From Neophaeotheca triangularis (Eukaryota): a DNA stretch of 64,000 nt. The notes below the pieces were generated by a model, which was not told the DNA's origin, did no database searches, and worked only from the letters and a program-made list of their open reading frames with translations. Positions 38,619-51,700 of this stretch are shown here, piece by piece. Numbering within the stretch: the stretch's first letter is position 1; every line of letters begins with the position of its first letter. The position numbers and the translations under genes are program-made. Where the stretch lies: NCBI GenBank assembly GCA_054600435.1, contig BAAIJX010000004.1, positions 434,001-498,000 of the forward strand, given 5' to 3'.

Positions 38619-40601
38619 TCACCACCCCCTCCCCGACTCCCTAGTCACGGGCCTATTATCCCTGCTCGTGCGCGCAATCACCGGCGCCGGCGCCCCTTCC
38701 TCGCCAAGCGCCGCATTCGCGCCCCAACCCTGTCCATAAGCCAAAGGACCGGGAGGCTCGCTATCGCTCCTCTCGCCATCGACAACCTTCTCGCTCAACA
38801 TGTTATCCGGACTGCCACTGCCGCTTTCCGAGCTATTCTGCAGCGTGCGCGTCTCGCCATCCGAGTCCTTGACTTCGTCCGAGAACCGCACATGCCGCTG
38901 GTGCCAGTCGCTGGCTTCGTAGTTGAAGGGCTCTTCGCCGTCTTTGCCGTACCAGAGCGGTTCGGCGGCTGCGATGCGGCGGACTGAGAGCCAGGGGTTG
39001 GGCGTTAGCGAGGCCGCGTGGAAGATTACGTCGATTTCTTCGAGTGAGCGGTAGCCTGTTTCTGGGTAGAGGAAGTATATGGTCGGGACTATGACGGCGT
39101 TGCTGGGTGGGGGTGTTAGTTGGATTGGTTGTGGATGGTTTTGGAGAGGGGAAAAGGCTTACGTGACGGCGAAGATGATGTAGGTCCTGTAGCCGATGTT
39201 GTTGAATGCCACCGGCGCGATGAGGACGACGACGACTGTGTGGGGTGTTAGCTCGCGATGAGTTGATTGCGAGAATGGAGAGGACCTACAGTTCATGACC
39301 CAATTTCCGCTGGTCGAAAGGGCGTTGGCAGGCCCGCGGATGCGGAGAGGAACAATCTCTACCTGGTAGAGCCATGCCATGCCTTGCCATCCAATGGCGA
39401 AGAATGTACAGAATGCGAAGAGGAAGATGGTGCCAACGATGCGCGAAGGAGTGCTGTCCAGGTAAACCATCACTGTCAGGATGATCATACACAAGGACAT
39501 GCCGCTGGCGCCAAACATCATCAAGCTTCGTCGGCCCCAAAAGCGGTCGATACCAACCACGGCCACAAAGGAGGCCAGGAAGAACTCGGTACCGGCGCAC
39601 GCTGCGATTAATCGCGCAACCCAGTCGGTGTAGGCGAATTGGTTCAAGTAGATCAATGCCAGATACTGAGTGACCAAGTTGATACCGGAAAGCTGCTGGA
39701 AGATTTGCAAAACGTAGGCCAGGATAGTACGGTGAAGATGTCTGTAGTCACCTTGGCTTAAGACACCACCAAAGCTGCCCTTTGCCATTTCAATGACAGC
39801 ATCCTTGATTTGAAGAAATTCCTGGCGAATGTCATCGTGCTCCAGCTCGAGATCGTTGAGCGCTGACAGCACCTTCAGTGCTTCGTCTTCTCTACCGGAA
39901 AGGATGAGCCAGCGAGGCGATTCCGGCAAGAATACAATCAGAACCAGGGCCACAATGCAAAACACTAGCTGGATAGCAATCGGCACTCGCCACGCTGCCG
40001 AGCTAGGCTCGAGCCATGCAAAAGCAAAGGCCATCCAGTAGCTGAACGAGAGTCCGGCAGCGATACAGGCACCGGCCGAAATCATGAGGATGGTTCCTCG
40101 CTTGTGCGCTTTCGTGCACTCGGCTTGCCATGCTGGTACTGTGGCAGTTGTGAAACCATTGCCGAAACCCGCGACGAATCGACCCACGAGAAGTTGAGCG
40201 AGGCCGTAGGAAGAGGCCTGGATGATCTCGCCTATGGAAAGAAGCACGAGACCGAGCATGATGGTCTTCTTGCGACCCAGTGCGTCACCCAAGATCATGG
40301 TCAAAATGGCCGAGACGAAACATCCTATATTCCATATCGCCACTGTGATGCCCTGAATGACGGCGGTATGGCTATCCCCGGGGTTGTCGAGTGTGTCGAT
40401 TTCCGGAAACTGATCGAGAAAGGGACGAACGGTCAACAGGCCCGCAAAGTCGCCTTGGTCGTATCCGAAAAGACTAGGGTGGACGTATTAGCATGCGATG
40501 ATGAGACAGTCTTCGGGGTGGACTTGCAAGAATGTGAGACCGGCTACAAGACCGATGGCACCTGCCAGCGATGGGCCTCGCAATCCCATGAATGGCGCCA
40601 T
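38619..40601 (-). CDS. MFS sugar porter family transporter (STL1-like)
   Basis: LFGYDQG, GDALGRK, GRFVAGFGNG, PESPRWL, QQLSGIN, DRFWGRR, YPETGYRSLEEID. Introns at 40474-40527 (GC-AG), ~39237-39289 and ~39103-39162. Confidence 0.92.
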
Positions 40602-41093
40602 ATTGTATGAAAGCCGACGGCTAAGAAGAAGCAGCTTGACTTGAGCACCTAAAAGCGCGTGCAGTCTCCGTCTGAAGGAAGGGCTGAAGATGGGACCACA
40701 GTGGCGGGTGGGAAGAGGGAGGGCAAAAGAAGTAGAAACAAAATGGGCGGTACCGGTAGTACCAAACCTTGGAAGGCAATCGATTGCGATGAGTGACGAA
40801 TCTGACGATGGGGGTATAATAACTAGTGGGGGACTGGAGAGACTTTGAAGTGACGGCCCTGACGGAGAGCCAGAAAAGCTTCAACGGTCGTCGCTTCGCT
40901 TCGCCATGCCCGTTTCCCGTCTTTACCAGTAGCGCATCAACGTTTAAGTTGATTATTGCAACGGTCGTCGGTCGATGTGTGGACGGGTAGATTGATGATG
41001 AGGCGTCATCATCGTCTTCGAGAGGCGAAGGAATCAAGCAAGCTGTATGGACGGAAAAGTCTGATTGGCGGCGGGTAGATGGTGAGCCGTAAT

Positions 41094-41113
41094 GAGAGAG
41101 AGAGAGAGAGAGA
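41094..41113. repeat. (GA)10 microsatellite
   Basis: Seen directly; forms a CT-rich tract on the sense strand upstream of the transporter. Confidence 0.85.
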
Positions 41114-41833
41114 GGTACAGTAAGTAGTAGCGAGGTACCTTTGATATTACGTGCCTTGCAGCAAGCAAACAACCCTGACAGAGCAGGGATGTGAAATTAT
41201 TGGTTGCTCTTCTCTTTTCGCCACATCGACGGGAGCCATCACCTCTTCAATTGCTGTACTACCTGATACAATGATATCTACCTGAATGAAACGGTACAGT
41301 TTGGTTAATAAATCAAGGCTGCTGGTTAGATCTAAGTTTCTTCTTCGCGAGATTCGATGCTGAGGTGGACTGGACAGCGGAGAGAGATCGTCCCGTGCTG
41401 TCGGAAATCGATGATTGCAAGATTCAAAAAAGATTGCCGCCAGCGGCCCGCGGCTCGTCTACCGGGGAAGAGCCTAACTAACCTAAGTCAAGTCACCATC
41501 CTCACCTTAGGTAAGCTGCCGACTTCCATTTGCTGACATAAGTAACTAGCCCCAACCCTGACCCTGCTCTAGCCTCATTCATCTCACGTGACATCTTCTA
41601 CCCCACGTCACTCTTTTGGCTTCAGCGAGGCTAAGGTAAGGTAGGTTTTGTGAAATCGCCTAGCCACAACATTCTCCAAAAGTCGCAACGACGCAAACAA
41701 ACAGTCATACCGCTCACTACTACACCCACCACCTACCAATACACGACTCCAACACCTTCTCCCCAGCCGCTCTTCCTCCCAGACCTATCCACACCTTCAA
41801 TCGCAGCGGCCTCGCTGCCCCAATACCGCCGTC

Positions 41834-42769
41834 ATGTCTCTCACAAACTGCCGCTTCTACGAGGAGAAATACCCGGAAATCGACTCCTTCGTCATGGTGA
41901 ACGTCAAGCAAATCGCCGAAATGGGCGCCTACGTCAAACTTCTCGAATACGACAACATCGACGGCATGATTCTCCTCTCCGAACTCTCACGCCGACGTAT
42001 CCGCTCCATTCAAAAACTCATCCGTGTCGGCCGCAACGAAGTCGTAGTCGTGCTCCGAGTGGACAAGGAAAAGGGTTACATCGATTTGAGCAAGCGCCGC
42101 GTTAGCCCCGAGGACATTGTCAAATGCGAGGAGCGCTACAACAAGAGCAAAATGGTGCACTCCATCATGCGACACGTGGCTGAGAAGACCACCACCCCCC
42201 TCGAAGAGCTGTACCAAGACATTGCCTGGCCTCTGAACAGGAAATATGGCCACGCCGTCGATGCTTTCAAGCTCAGCATCACCAACCCGGACGTCTGGAG
42301 CGAGGTCACTTTCAAGAGCGACGTGATCAAGGACGAGCTGCACAGCTACATCGGCAAGCGCCTGACACCGCAGCCCACAAAGGTGCGCGCTGACGTCGAG
42401 GTTACCTGCTTCGGCTACGAGGGCATCGACGCTGTCAAGACCGCTCTGAGGCGCGCCGAAGCAAACAACACACCCGACACCCAAGTCAAGGTCAAACTTG
42501 TCAGCCCGCCTTTGTACGTTCTGACCAGCCAGACATTGGACAAGAGCATCGGCATCACGGTGCTCGAGCAAGCCATCAAGGAGATTGAGTCGAGCATTCG
42601 CGGCGCGGGAGGGCTGTGCGTGACGAAGATGGCGCCTAAAGCAGTCACAGAGAACGACGATGCGGAGTTGCAAGCGTTGATGGACAAGAGGGAGAGGGAG
42701 AACCAAGAAATTTCCGGTGACGAGGACGAGAGCGAGTCGGACGAGGGCGTCGTTGCTGCTGATAAGTAG
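41834..42769 (+). CDS. SUI2: Translation initiation factor eIF2 alpha
   Basis: MSLTNCRFYEEKYPE, S1 domain, ILLSELSRRRIRSI (Gcn2 phosphosite context), KGYIDLSKRRVS, acidic tail. Intronless. Confidence 0.98.
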   Translation: MSLTNCRFYEEKYPEIDSFVMVNVKQIAEMGAYVKLLEYDNIDGMILLSELSRRRIRSIQKLIRVGRNEVVVVLRVDKEKGYIDLSKRRVSPEDIVKCEERYNKSKMVHSIMRHVAEKTTTPLEELYQDIAWPLNRKYGHAVDAFKLSITNPDVWSEVTFKSDVIKDELHSYIGKRLTPQPTKVRADVEVTCFGYEGIDAVKTALRRAEANNTPDTQVKVKLVSPPLYVLTSQTLDKSIGITVLEQAIKEIESSIRGAGGLCVTKMAPKAVTENDDAELQALMDKRERENQEISGDEDESESDEGVVAADK

Positions 42770-44708
42770 ACTGGGTGCTGCTGGCGGTCCTGCTGCAAGG
42801 CGTTACGGCGTGTTGAGCGTACTCGTGGCTGGGCTATGGTGCTGTGGGTTCTCTGTAGCTTTCGCTGCGAGCCCTTTATAGACGCATGCATGGCGCGTAT
42901 CCAGAACGCATTTGGTCGGAACATCATGAAAGTTTTCCGCAAGGTCTGATGGCCCGAGCGGCTTTGCAAAAGCTTTGAAATCGTTTACATTTTGCTACGA
43001 CCGGTCTCACTTCTTTCATGGTTCACTTTGTCTCTTGAATTCGCGCATGTCATTGTGTGCAAAAGTGACTGCGGCAACCATGCCTGGCAAAACATGGCTT
43101 CGGTGTCCGCGCTAAATCCTGGCCTAAACTTAACCCAATCCAGACGACATCCTCCGACAACATATATGGGGAATAGCAGGTACAGAAGCTCTCCTCAATA
43201 TCACTCTCTCCTCTAGAACGCCATGCGAAGATAATAAATTCATTGCAAGCAAAGCCCCTCCAGTTATAGCGAGCCTCAAAGCAGAGAACGGCGCGATGCA
43301 GTCAATTGCAAAAACCTCTCGTCACTCATCCATCTGAGCCTGAACACCTAGAACAACTGAAGACCTTCTGGCCAAGAGTCTCTGGAATCTGATAAAACCG
43401 ATTTAGAAAAAAAATCCGCTTTCGAAGGACTCTCATCGAATTGTGGACCTCGAGCTTGCGTGCGAGTGTGCCAGTCTCACTCAATGCTATCGAGATTGTC
43501 GACAAAGAACACCGAGAGTATCCCTTTCGTGACTGATTGGGATAGCTCTCTTTCGTTCCGCTAGTAGATTCCTGTCTTCAGATGGGGAAAAGTGTGTTCA
43601 GAGCTACTGAATCTGACAAAGATGGATCATGGTAGCTGCAAACGTCGAGGCTTCACGCGAAACGCTCCGGGTCGAGAGCGTAGCGGGAGTACTGCTTGGT
43701 TCTGCTACTTTTGCCGTTGGAGTGGGACCTGTACTGCCGAGAGAGGAAGTTAATCTGCCACTAGTTTCAGGGAATGTTGACATTGGCTTCCTGCCAACTT
43801 CTGTTGAGGTGTTTGGACATGTATTGTCGTCGTTCGTCCGACGAAAGCGCCTTGCTCCGGGGGCAAGATAGCTTGAGCTGGTCAGGTTGCCTTCTTCTCC
43901 GAGTGCAATTGGACGGTAGATGCTCCCGACGACAAAGTTGTTCTGGCAACGTTGGGGCGGCCCGGCGGTCTCGGATGACCTGTTTGTCGATACGCTTTGA
44001 GGGCTCCATGGTCCTCGCTAGCTTTAGTTGACTGGTCTGCCGTAAGGCGTTCAAGATATTGTCCTAGATATCAATCATGGGCTCTCGGCCAGCCTGACAG
44101 TCTCTCAACACAGCACAGTTCCTCCCAACACCAGACGTAAGAACGGGCCCACTAGTCAGCCTTGCCGTCGCTGCCCCTGACTACTAGCCTTTCGTTCCGC
44201 CGAGAGTGAGGACTACCCGCATTCGACTCGAAGGTGCCTCAGGCCGATTTGAGACTGGAAGATTCTAGGGGAGGCCTTAGGCACATGACATAGCAAATAA
44301 AGGTGCACGGACGTTGTATATGTCACCTGGCCAGCCGATAGCCCTTCAACTTTGCCTACCCTCTGCACTTTGGAAACTCCCCATCCTCCAACCTCCTTTT
44401 CCAATAGCAACGACACACATTGTAAGGACACAGCTGCTTCCACAAGGCGTCGTCCTCACCGCGTACTGACACACAGCTAGATTGTTTGTCTCCTGCGTTC
44501 GCTTCTCATCCAAAAGGTATGCTTCGGATACGTTCAAAGGGCGTGAAAGACTCCGCGCACCACGTGACGCACCTTCTCGACGTCTCAGGAGACTTCACTT
44601 GCTTTCCCTGCTACCTCCCTTCACTGCCCCATACTAAAGTCTCCTGAACAGGCGTGTTTACCACCTCTGCGACACCCTTTTTAGACGACCTCGCCACAAG
44701 AAGAAACC

Positions 44709-46132
44709 ATGGCTTCTGAAGGTGACCTCACCGACCTGCCTGCTCTTCCGCAGTCGTCGCCCACCGAGGCCACGGCCAAGCCTACCAACGTCGACCATGT
44801 CGAGCGCTCCGGCACCCCGTCTCCGGATTCCATCAAGAACAAAAACAGCATCGAGCGTGAGGCCTCCCAGGCGAACAAGTCTTCACCCACCAACATCTTC
44901 GACTCCGACGAGGAGGGCTTGAGCGACCCCCCCGCCACCCCTTCTGACGAAGGCGACGACGAGAACGACAAGGACTACGACCCCACCGCCATGACCAAAG
45001 CCGAGCGCAAACAACAGAAGCACGAAGCGGCCATGGTTGCTGAGTCCCGCTCCCGCGCCGTCGAAAGTGGCGATGAAGAGGAAGTCGAGGAACCGACCCC
45101 TGCCAAGACCTCCTCCAAATCCAAGGGCAAAAGCGCATCTGGCAAATCCAAGAGCAAGAAGGGCAAAGGGAAATCCTCCTCCTCCAAGTCGAAGTCGAAG
45201 AAGCGCAAGTCGGACATCTTCGAGCTCGACGAGGAGGAGGCTGAGGTCGGGCGCGCCGATGTCAAGAAGCCTAAGCGCAACACTGCCGTTGGTCTTGTGA
45301 GTTAACCAGCTTTCTAAGATTCTCAGATATCAGTGCTTGATGAAAGCGGCGTAAGACTGACCATTACCATTTGGTGTAGCCCGGAAACCGCCCCCTTCCC
45401 GCTTCCTACGAGGACTGCCTGGACTACGACAAGATGTTGCTCGACATGCGTGATGGAGGTATGGGCTGGGAGCCGATCCGCAAGCGCTGGTACCAGCTCA
45501 CGGGCGAGAAGACCGGTCAATCCACGTTGCCCAACCGCTGGAGGTAAGTTTTGAAATTTCCCCACGCATGCCACCAGAATACCTCACCAATGCCCACCAC
45601 ACCTCCCACGAACCCCCCTACCCCATCCAACTAACCCCGATCGACCCGCAGCCGCATCAAAGCCAACTTCATCCAAATCTCCGACGACGACTCGGCGCGC
45701 ATGATCAAAGCCAAGCAAGACATCGAGGCCGCTTTCGAAGTCAACAAGTGGGACCTCATCTCCAAGCACATGACGACGCTGCAGGGCAATCTCTACAAGC
45801 CGGGAGTGCTCAAGCGCCACTACCAGAACCTCATGGCTGCGCGTGATGTCGGGCCGCCCGCGGGGGTTGTGGATCAAGATTTTGAGTACAACGATGAGGA
45901 GGGTGAGGGTGGGGTGGAGGTTGTTGGGGCGAGTGATGGGGGCGTTGGTGCTGAGGGTGCTGAGAACGCTGGTGGCTTCGGGGGTGTCGAGGTTGCCGAG
46001 GCTGCTGTTGGAGGCTTGGTTGGTGCTGTTGTGGATGGCGCGGGTTTGGACGGTGCTGCTGACGATGCTGGCGGTAGTGCGGTCGACGGTGGGCAGGAAA
46101 TTGAGGGAGTCGCCATGGGTGAGAAGGCTTAG
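44709..46132 (+). CDS. Hypothetical nuclear protein with a Myb/HTH-like domain
   Basis: Introns at 45297-45379 and 45544-45651 splice in frame. Acidic/Lys-rich N-terminus, then DKMLLDMRDGGMGWEPIRKRWYQLTGEKTGQSTLPNRWSRIKANF...KWDLISKHM. Confidence 0.75.
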
Positions 46133-46470
46133 GCCCCTCTGTCACTTTGCACATCCGCCTGCTGGATGCGTTTGGGGTTCAGTCTTTACCAGTTCGCTCT
46201 CTCAGGGTGGATCGGCAAAGACTGCATAGCGGCACAGCCTTGGTCCCCAGCAACGATAGGAAGCAAGAGGAGAGAATACTTCAAGTCCATTGGCCAGATG
46301 ATACCAGAGCTAGCATTTCTGGTCGGCGTTACGGCAGGGGTGAGGCACCATAGCTTGACAAATGACCACATCTTGCAAGCCACTCCACACCCCCCCTTCT
46401 CTTCTCAATACCAGCAAGCATTAAAGCTCCCAAACGCCACGCTAAACCAGTCAAAAGCCTCCCAACCCCA

Positions 46471-47306
46471 TCACCTCAACCACCTAAGCACAAAATACAC
46501 AAAAACCACAAACACAACCACCCCACCCCAAAAAATCCACTTATCCTGCTTGGCCCTCTTCTCAACCATGCGAATAGTATCCCCACTAATCCCCAAAGTC
46601 ATGCCAACCGAATACAACTTCCTCTGCGTCCCCTTGAGCACCTCCCTCTGGTCTCCCAAATCGCCCAAAACCGCCCTGCCCCGCTCCAAATACTCATCCA
46701 GCGTGGTGTTCGCAGAACTGAAGAAATTGTTTTCCCTCATCGCGTGCCCTTCGCGGTCCTGGTCCCCAGTGCCATACGGCGAAGCGTACGCGCTATAGCT
46801 ATTGCTTCCAGACTGGCCGGGCGCGAAGTTCGGGTTCGAGGTGCGGAAGAGGGGGTTAGTATTCTGGCCGCCGCGGGAACCGCTCGCTATGGCGGCGTCG
46901 GCGTAGGGGTTCTCGGGGGTTTGGGAAGCATGGGGCCGTCTACCGAGGAGTTCGGAGCGGTTGGAAGAGTGCTGTTCTTGTTCCTTTTCGTGTTTGAGCT
47001 CTGCGAAGCGCGAGCGGTAGTCGAGGAGTTCGGAGCGGAAGTTTGAGAGCCGTTCTTCGCCTTTGGTTTTCTTTTCGGGAACGAGCTCGAGGGAGATGGC
47101 TTTGGTGTAGTCGTCGAGAGTGCGGGTGAAGGAGTTTAGGGAGGTCGTGAGTTGGCCTTGGAGGGCTGGGTTGGTGCCGGGCGAGGAGGCTAGGGTTGTT
47201 AGGTCGGCGGAGATGGATTTGGATTGGCGCAGGGCCGAGTTGAAGAGGGCGCTCTGAGAGAGGAGTCAGTGATGAAGCGAGAGTTTGGAATTGAATGGCT
47301 CACCAT
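46471..47306 (-). CDS. BOS1: ER-Golgi Qb-SNARE Bos1/membrin
   Basis: ATG-only first coding exon, intron at 47254-47303, then SALFNSALRQS...LDEYLERGRAVLGDLGDQREVLKGTQRKLYSVGMTLGISGDTIRMVEKRAKQDKWIFWGG and a C-terminal TM helix. Confidence 0.93.
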
Positions 47307-49055
47307 TTTCGAAGGGTCTGTGGATTTGTGAAGGCTGCTATGCGCTTCATGGTGCCATGGCTGGTCTCAGCCGAGCGAGGCACATCAAGAGGTGAGGTCG
47401 ACGTGGCTTCAGTCAGGCATCTCGGGACGAGCCGGTGAAACATGGACATTACCAACGGACATCACCTGCACCATTTCAGTGCTATAACATGACCATCCAA
47501 AAGAAAAAAAGAAGACGAAAGAAAGAAAAGAAAATGTATTTCTCAAGGCAAACCGCCAGTGCATGGTGTATCAGATATGTTCTCGGTGAAAAGCATTGAA
47601 ATCTAATATACAGTTTCACAGCTCTCACCAACCTCGAATGAAAGCGCCTGAGGTGACTCGACCCCCGTCTCCCAAGGACTATGCATCCACTGCAAGTCTA
47701 GGAAGCAGATTCGAGTGTGAACGCCTGGTTGTGTTCACATAAATCAGGATCTGGCAGTTTCTCGAGATATCTGACAGCCACCCACTGTTTGCCACAGGTG
47801 TAAAACACTCTGGATCGTCAGGTATTGACGGTGACCGTCATGGAGGGCGTTACGAATACCTTATGTACCCTGGTAGGCTAACAGCAAGCAGCCCTCGCAT
47901 TCGCCCAAGCCTACCCAGTACCTAGGTACGTAGTAGAACAAAAGTGATAACATTGAACAAGCAAAAAAGTGCAACTTCCTGATGGAAGCTCCCAAACCAC
48001 TTGAATCACCTGCAATAGGCTGGTTTTCGGACGGGCAAGCCCCGAAAGAAGGCGTCGACATGGGCGAGAGTGATGAAAGAATGCGCTGAGGCGCAGAGGA
48101 TAAACGAACCATGTTTGTTCCTGCGACTGCTGAAGCCCGAAGACGCCTTGGAGCCATAGAATAAGCTGAAGGCTTGTACGGGGATTTGAACTCAAGCACA
48201 GTGTCGTGTCGTGTCGTGTCGATCGGCTTAGAGTGGGCAAGTCTGACGTCGGACGAGTCGAGCAAGAGCTCGTGGGTCATCAGCATTGAGAGTGTTCCGG
48301 AGAAGGCACTACTACTGCTGGTGTGTGCGGCGTGGTGATTGACTTATAACCTACCGTACTCTCCAAATCTTTCAAAGGCCGCTGGCTGTTGATGAGAAGC
48401 GGCATGACCTGGACGCTGCAGGACACAGGTGCGCTTACCAGCTTGACGAGGTCTGGAAGGGACCGCTTTGACTTTGGCAGACAAGGCAAGTACGGTGACA
48501 GCAATTCGACATGTTCTCCTCTCATCTCTATCAATTCGCGTCTCTCCAGTTGCTAGATATGTAGGTAGCCACATATCCTAGCGAGCCAATCGTCAAGGTT
48601 GTGATGCAGTAAAACAAGTGGCCCCGTGATCAGTGCATGTCGCGTTGCTCGCAATCCGAAGAGTTTGCGGGCTGGCATCGCATTGATTCGAAGTTGCCAC
48701 GCGCTTGGCTCTTCCAGTAATGCCACCGCAACTGTCTTCGTAATCAAAGAGCCACTGCAGCGTGCTAAAAGTTCATCAGGATTGAACAAGTGATCGAGAG
48801 CTCGTCCTAATTCTCTTCGTCCTCAAACGATTGTGTTGGTGCAATGCAAAGTGGCGAGCATAGGCACAGAAAACCGGTTGACGAGATCTTGATCTCTCCC
48901 GAGTCGTGTTCAGGTTGCCTGTTTGTTTGTATACCTATGCAGGGCGCTTGGGCCAGGGAAGCGGGAGGTGGAAGTGAAGAATCGCCTCTGTTTTCAAATC
49001 CGGGCCCCGGCTTTTTCTTCTCCTTCACACTCACCACCTACAGGCTTCTGAGACC

Positions 49056-50171
49056 ATGACCACGGCAATGAAGACACCAGTTGCCGGCAGTGGCCCCAAA
49101 AAACAGCACGTGCAAGGCGACAACAACGCGACTGGCAAGACCAAACCCACCATCACCGAGCTTCAACCCTCCGCCACCTACAAGGCTGGAGCCTCAACGT
49201 TTCCCAATTTGCCCGAGAGCGCATTGCCTTCGCACAAAACACAACGGGCTGCATCGACCACTTCGAAGGACATCACAGCCTCGGCCAAGGCTTACTACCG
49301 CAACGTCACGATCAGCCACCATCGATCCTTCGCTGTTGGTGATCGATTATTGAAATTGCTGCATGGCTTCCATTAACAACTCGCTCAGATCTACATGACT
49401 GAAGGCCCTCTCAAGGGACGCTATGCTCTCGCTGTGGAGCCACAAAGCTTCCGCTTTCTCGACCTCATTCCAGAACTCCGCAACTACATCTACGACACCC
49501 TTTACGCGCTCGGCAATAGCGGACACTGTCGCAGTGCGCAGCTTCTAAAGGTCTGCAAGCAGGTCCACCAGGAGTACGGGTCCATCTTGTACGGCCGCAT
49601 GTGGGATTTTCACAACCCTGTCCGCTTCGCGAAAGACTTTGGCGATCCTCACACCCCTGGCTTGTCGAGCCTTTGCTTCTTGACAGCTATCAAGATAACA
49701 TCCATTGACCAAGATATCGGTATCCTACCACAACTCGCCATGATGTTTGAGGTTCTCAAGGCAGCAAACAAGCTCAAGTCAATCACTTTCGGTCACGCTT
49801 GGTTCTGCGTTGAGAGGTTCCCGCTCATCACGACTAAGCGGCGCCGAAAATACGCAGCCTTGGTGAAAGCCGTTGTTCCGTTCCTCAAAGATCGTGTTGC
49901 GAAGAGTAAAACCGAGCTCAAGGCGGAAGAAGGTGACCTGGATGAGGACAAGACGAAGCGCGACGTTGTGAACGTTCTCCATGTCGAGCGCATTTCTTGC
50001 CACTTTTGTGAAATGTGCTTCTGCGGAGACAGTTCCTGCCCGAATACGAAGGATTCCCTTAACCCCAACGGTTGTCTCCCACGGATTGATAGCGAAGGGA
50101 TAGAAGCGGAGTTTCGGATGGCCCTCGGCAGGGCAATGGGCATCAACGGCGAGACAGTCAATGTGGCCTAG
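49056..50171 (+). CDS. Hypothetical protein with an F-box-like (2EXR-type) motif and Cys-rich C-terminus
   Basis: Putative intron at 49305-49388 joins the two ORFs in phase 0. FRFLDLIPELRNYIY...LLKVCKQVHQEYGSILYG. Confidence 0.65.
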
Positions 50172-50656
50172 GTGGAACAAGAGACACAAGCTGGCAGAAT
50201 TCGATAGAACGAGTCATGCAAGGTCTTGGATCGAAGGCGGAAAATAGGTCGGTCTACTGCAGCCAGTCCAAGCGGGAGAAGCATGCTTGACGTTATGGCC
50301 GTAGGCTTTCGTTTTCTGCCATGAGATCGCGATGGGCTAGTTAGGCAGTTCGAGAGTATCATACTGTACCTTGAACAATGTTACGGCTCAACTTGCTACA
50401 CTGCTTTCGGAGCTAGCTCAACAGACCCTTTGTGTCGAACCAAGACCATTGAAAAGGCGATGTGAGGGCAGTATGCCATACTTAAGCCCGTCGTCGAGTC
50501 TCGTCCGTTCAGTGAAGTGAAGTTCAACAGGAACTGGAACAGTCGGAAAGCGGCGGCGGCTACTCTTTGCTTGGCGGTTACACAAAACCCGGAATAAGCT
50601 TGAATAACAACCTTATGCAGACATCAATAACCGAACTGCCGACATGCTTTTCCGCC

Positions 50657-50724
50657 GAGGGAGAGATAGAGGGAGAGAGGGAGAGAGAGGGAGAGAGAAA
50701 GAGAGAGGGGGAGAGAGAGAGAGG
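50657..50724. repeat. Compound GA/polypurine microsatellite
   Basis: ~68 nt of almost pure purine, followed by a pyrimidine-rich tract at ~50760-50811. Confidence 0.85.
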
Positions 50725-51199
50725 CCCAGACCTCACCGCGTTTTGGATAAATACAGCTCAGCTTCCATCCGTCCTGCTTGCTTCCTTCCCTCCTTCCCCT
50801 CTTCCCTTTTCGATCTATTCTACATACTACTAGTACTACTAGTACCACCTACCGAAGATCAACTCGCTCGCTCGTCTTGGCCCGACTGCTACAAAACTCC
50901 CGCCTCGCGCCTGCATTTGTCGGCTACATCGAAAGCCTCCCTACCTTATCCAAACACTCCCCGCGATCAATGGAATTCATCCCGACTTTCTTCTGCCTCC
51001 TTCTCAAAGGCCTATTCATCTGAACGCAAACGCACGAGATCCGCTTAACTTTACTACATCTATATCTGATTGCACGAAAAGCAACACTAGTCCGTTTTCC
51101 GTGCCACAAGCGCCAGACCACCTCAACCTCATAGAGCCAAAGCATACATTCAGCCAAAAGCGCCACGAGCCCAGAGCACCTCCAAAAATCGCCGCCACG

Positions 51200-51700
51200 A
51201 TGGGATCCCTCGACCAAACCGACCTCTCGTCGCTCCTCCGCGTCGTCCAAGGCGACAAAAACACCTCCTACTCCAGCAAGGCCGTCTCCCTAGTCTCGCT
51301 GCCCCCGGGCGCCCTCCTCACCAAAATCACCACGGCCACTCCCGCCTCCCACCGCGCCTACACTTCCGTGCAAGTCTCCGCCGACGCCGACATCGAGCTC
51401 AACAGCGACTTGGTCTACTGCAACCACTCTTGCAACCCGTCCGTCGTCTTCGACATGGCCAAGTTCGAGGTGCGCGTTGTCGATGATCGCCCGTTGGAAG
51501 CTGGGGACGATTTGACTTTCTTTTACCCCAGCTCCGAGTGGCGCATGCAGCAGCCTTTTGGATGCGGGTGTGGTGCTGGGGAAAAGTGTCTTGGGACTGT
51601 CAAGGGGGCCGAGTTTCTTGGGGAGGACGTCCTGAGGAAGTACTGGCTCAACCCTCATATTGAGGAGCTGCTTTCCAAGAGGAATGGTGACTTGAACTGA
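51200..51700 (+). CDS. Small stand-alone SET/post-SET domain protein
   Basis: YCNHSCNPS, GDDLTFFYPSSEW and post-SET FGCGCGAGEKCLG. ATG at 51200 in a gccacgATGG context. Confidence 0.85.
   Translation: MGSLDQTDLSSLLRVVQGDKNTSYSSKAVSLVSLPPGALLTKITTATPASHRAYTSVQVSADADIELNSDLVYCNHSCNPSVVFDMAKFEVRVVDDRPLEAGDDLTFFYPSSEWRMQQPFGCGCGAGEKCLGTVKGAEFLGEDVLRKYWLNPHIEELLSKRNGDLN

Noticed and set aside
38619..40601. STL1-like transporter as part of a HOG regulon cluster
   Set aside because: It is ~34 kb from HOG1, the family is large, and its substrate is unknown, so proximity is uninformative.
41987..42706. Long antisense ORFs over SUI2, and similar ones over the macrodomain, EMW1 and 52273 genes
   Set aside because: Shadow ORFs expected from biased codon usage; no recognisable domains.
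43200..44100. Short ORFs that might be a decayed gene
   Set aside because: Multiple stops and no motif I can assign; cannot be supported without a homology search.
47640..47680. tRNA T-loop-like GGGTCGAGTC on the minus strand
   Set aside because: No pairing T-stem, acceptor stem or A-box could be built.
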